Source of the DNA: Bacteroidales bacterium
GTDB taxonomy: Bacteria > Bacteroidota > Bacteroidia > Bacteroidales > UBA932
Length of the DNA stretch: 64,000 bases
Assembly: GCA_017961015.1 (NCBI GenBank)
Contig: JAGCYC010000033.1
Location: forward strand, 661 to 64,660
Reading direction: 5' to 3'
Positions 61,672-64,000 of this stretch are shown here, piece by piece. Made by a program: the position numbers and the translations under genes. The notes beneath the pieces were generated by a model, which was given only the letters and a program-made list of their open reading frames with translations, was not told the origin of the DNA and made no database searches. Numbering within the stretch: position 1 is the stretch's first letter; each line of letters starts with the position of its first letter.

Positions 61672-62748
61672 ATGAAACTTCTTACCGCGAACTACATCAT
61701 CGACGGTGTCCCTATGGGCATCACTCCTGCGGCTATGCTGGGGGAGTGTACCATAAGCCCTCCTTCCCTGGAATCCGGCCCGGTAGCCTCCATCGTGGAT
61801 GAACAGAAAGACCCTTCCCCCGAAACCTACCGTTTCCTGGACGCGCAGATCCCTGCCTATGAAAGGGCCCTGAAAGACTTCAGCCCCGCATTTCCGCTTC
61901 CTTTTGCCCAGTCGGCCACCATTGCCGCGGCGGCATCGGCCCTGATAGACCTTATCTGGCAGGGCGGGCATTTCCATCTGGAGGACCTTTGCCTCAAACC
62001 CCAGTGGCGATGGGACGACGCCCAGGTGGGCCATCCCTCGGCCTTCTTCAATTCCGTTGAGGCCGCCTGCGCCTATGCCGATGCCCTGGGAATCAAATTC
62101 TCCACATACCGTCTGGTCCGCGGGGAACCCTCGCTGCAGTTCAAGGCCCTGCTGAGCCCGGATGCCGGCCTTGCGCAGGACGGGGACCTTACCCCCTGCG
62201 TCTTCCGCCGCCGTAAATGCCCGGCCGTCATACAGCCCAAAAAGGATGACTGGCTGGTCTACATACCCTTCGACCCCTGCGACTACCGCCTGGGCGGATC
62301 GGCCCTTGTGCAGGCGCTGGGAGAATCGGCCTCTGTGGCTCCCGACCTTGGCGACGCAGCCTATATGAAAGACTGCTACGAAGTGGTCCGCGAACTTGTG
62401 GAAGACGGGATCGTGAAGGCCGGAATCACGGTGGGGGAGGGCGGTCTGCTCCAGGCCCTGCGCAGCTTCTGCCAGGAGGGAACAGGCGCCGAAATAAGCC
62501 TTACAGACGTGTGCAAGGCCTACGGAGAGAGCCTTCAGACCAGGATACTCTTTGCCTCGGTTCCAGGAGTCATCATCCAGATTGCCGATCTTGACTTCGA
62601 CTATGTAGACGCCGAACTGCTCCTGCAGGACGTGGCCTATTTCCCCATCGGCCATCCTTCAGCTTCGGAAGGCGTCAATATAAGCGACAAGGGCGGAATC
62701 CCCTCCATCCTGGAGTCGCTGCTTACCACCCTTGAGGGTGAAGACTGA
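61672..62748 (+). CDS. Stand-alone degenerate PurL (FGAM synthase) repeat-2 / AIRS-like domain protein
   Basis: AL.DLIW, W.W, RLGGSALVQAL, P...DA.Y..D.Y..V.ELV..G, GGL, ILFA..PGVIIQ and IGHP align by eye with the second PurM-like half of large PurL. Confidence 0.7.
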   Translation: MKLLTANYIIDGVPMGITPAAMLGECTISPPSLESGPVASIVDEQKDPSPETYRFLDAQIPAYERALKDFSPAFPLPFAQSATIAAAASALIDLIWQGGHFHLEDLCLKPQWRWDDAQVGHPSAFFNSVEAACAYADALGIKFSTYRLVRGEPSLQFKALLSPDAGLAQDGDLTPCVFRRRKCPAVIQPKKDDWLVYIPFDPCDYRLGGSALVQALGESASVAPDLGDAAYMKDCYEVVRELVEDGIVKAGITVGEGGLLQALRSFCQEGTGAEISLTDVCKAYGESLQTRILFASVPGVIIQIADLDFDYVDAELLLQDVAYFPIGHPSASEGVNISDKGGIPSILESLLTTLEGED

Positions 62749-62757
62749 CCACACACG

Positions 62758-62771
62758 CGCAAGCGCTTGCA
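62758..62771. promoter_or_regulatory. Putative LacI/cre-like operator upstream of ppdK
   Basis: Perfect loop-less 12-bp palindrome GCAAGCGCTTGC (62759-62770) with central CG. Confidence 0.5.
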
Positions 62772-62789
62772 CAAGCGGGGAAAAAATCG

Positions 62790-62797
62790 TAACTTTG
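62790..62797 (+). promoter_or_regulatory. -7 box (TAACTTTG) for ppdK
   Basis: TAnnTTTG 40 nt upstream of the ATG at 62838. Confidence 0.65.
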
Positions 62798-62837
62798 CGT
62801 GCGCTTTGACGAAAACTAGTAAATCAACTATACTTTT

Positions 62838-64000
62838 ATGGCAGAAATCAAGAAAAGAGTCTATCGTTTCGGTGGAAAACACGCCGAGGGCGATGGAAAA
62901 ATGAGAGAATTGCTGGGTGGCAAAGGCGCCAACCTGGCCGAAATGAACCTTCTGGGAATGCCCGTTCCCGCCGGCTTCACCATCACTACCGAGTGCTGCA
63001 CCGAGTACTACCGTCTGGGCGGAGGCTATACCCCCGAGCTCAAGTCGGAAGTCGCAGCAGCCCTGGAAGCAACCGAGAAAATTATGGGCAAGAAGTTCGG
63101 CGACGCCAAGGATCCCCTCCTGGTGAGCTGCCGCTCCGGTGCCCGTAGCTCTATGCCCGGTATGATGGATACCATCCTGAACATCGGCCTGTGCTCCGCC
63201 ACCATCCCCGGCCTCATCGCCAAGACCGGCAATCCCCGTTTCGTATATGACGCATATCGCCGTCTCATAATGATGTACTCCGACGTCGTGATGGAGAAGG
63301 CCGAGGGTATCGAACCCGAAGACGGCCAGGGCATCCGTCAGCAGCTGGACCGTATGATGCAGGATGTGAAGGACGCCAAGGGTTACAAGAGCGACACCGA
63401 GCTTACCGCCGACGAACTCAAGGACCTGGCCGAAGCTTTCAAAGTCCGCATCAAGGAAGTCCTCGGAGTTGAATTCCCCGACGACGCCCAGGCTCAGCTC
63501 TGGGGCTCCATCGGCGGCGTATTCAAGTCCTGGAACGGCAAGAGGGCCATCCGCTACCGTCAGATCGAGCACATTCCCGACGATTGGGGAACGGCCGTGA
63601 ACGTACAGTCAATGGTGTTCGGCAATATGGGAGACACCTCCGCTACCGGCGTGGCCTTCTCCCGTAACCCCGCCAACGGTGACAACAAGTTCTATGGCGA
63701 ATGGCTCATCAACGCCCAGGGCGAAGACGTGGTTGCCGGTATCCGCACCCCGAACCCCCTGAACGAGGCCACCAAGAGCTACAAGAACAGGGACCTCACC
63801 TCCCTCGAGGTCGCCATGCACGACGTGTACAAGGAGCTGGATGAAATCCGCAAGCGCCTTGAAGACCACTTCCAGGATATGCAGGACATTGAATTCACCA
63901 TCCAGGAAGGCAAGCTCTGGATGCTGCAGTGCCGTATCGGCAAGCGCACCGGCCTGGCCGCCCTGCAGAGGGCCAGGGACATGCTCGAAGAGGGCCTGAT
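62838..64000 (+). CDS. ppdK: Pyruvate, phosphate dikinase (3'-truncated by window edge)
   Basis: Manual translation (absent from the ORF track because no stop falls in the window): MAEIKKRVYRFGG...LLGGKGANLAEM, RSGARSSMPGMMDT, VQSMVFGNMG, NAQGEDVVAG, QDIEFTIQEGKLWMLQCR. Confidence 0.97.
   Translation, partial: MAEIKKRVYRFGGKHAEGDGKMRELLGGKGANLAEMNLLGMPVPAGFTITTECCTEYYRLGGGYTPELKSEVAAALEATEKIMGKKFGDAKDPLLVSCRSGARSSMPGMMDTILNIGLCSATIPGLIAKTGNPRFVYDAYRRLIMMYSDVVMEKAEGIEPEDGQGIRQQLDRMMQDVKDAKGYKSDTELTADELKDLAEAFKVRIKEVLGVEFPDDAQAQLWGSIGGVFKSWNGKRAIRYRQIEHIPDDWGTAVNVQSMVFGNMGDTSATGVAFSRNPANGDNKFYGEWLINAQGEDVVAGIRTPNPLNEATKSYKNRDLTSLEVAMHDVYKELDEIRKRLEDHFQDMQDIEFTIQEGKLWMLQCRIGKRTGLAALQRARDMLEEGL

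Overview
A GC-rich (roughly 55-60% by eye) Bacteroidales chromosomal segment, with TAnnTTTG '-7' promoter boxes and no Shine-Dalgarno sites. It is almost entirely core genome. Contents in order: 3' part of prfA; queF; a fabK-fabF-fabZ cassette; a complete dcw cluster (mraZ to ftsZ) with folP attached and ftsB convergent; a miaB-SPOR-rpoN-carboxyltransferase operon; radC; upp; a trpS-copA-LytTR operon; an M49-like lipoprotein/SLC13 permease/porin operon divergent from gdh; tRNA-His; a long envelope and repair operon (ompH, GT4, LysM, trxB, bamD, rpoZ, recN, fur-like, nigD-like); pdxJ; nadK-uppS-bamA-ompH; tRNA-Val; alpha-2-macroglobulin; folC; a PurL-domain-only gene; and the 5' part of ppdK. 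No transposase, integrase, prophage or CRISPR array is visible. The most unusual signals are apparent pseudo-enzymes. A dipeptidyl-peptidase III lipoprotein has lost the zinc-binding motif and heads a porin plus transporter operon (a candidate uptake or sensing system). There is also a stand-alone degenerate PurL repeat-2 protein, a carboxyltransferase whose biotin domain lacks the biotinylated lysine, and a thioester-less macroglobulin. All family assignments come from motif recognition by eye; no database searches were run.
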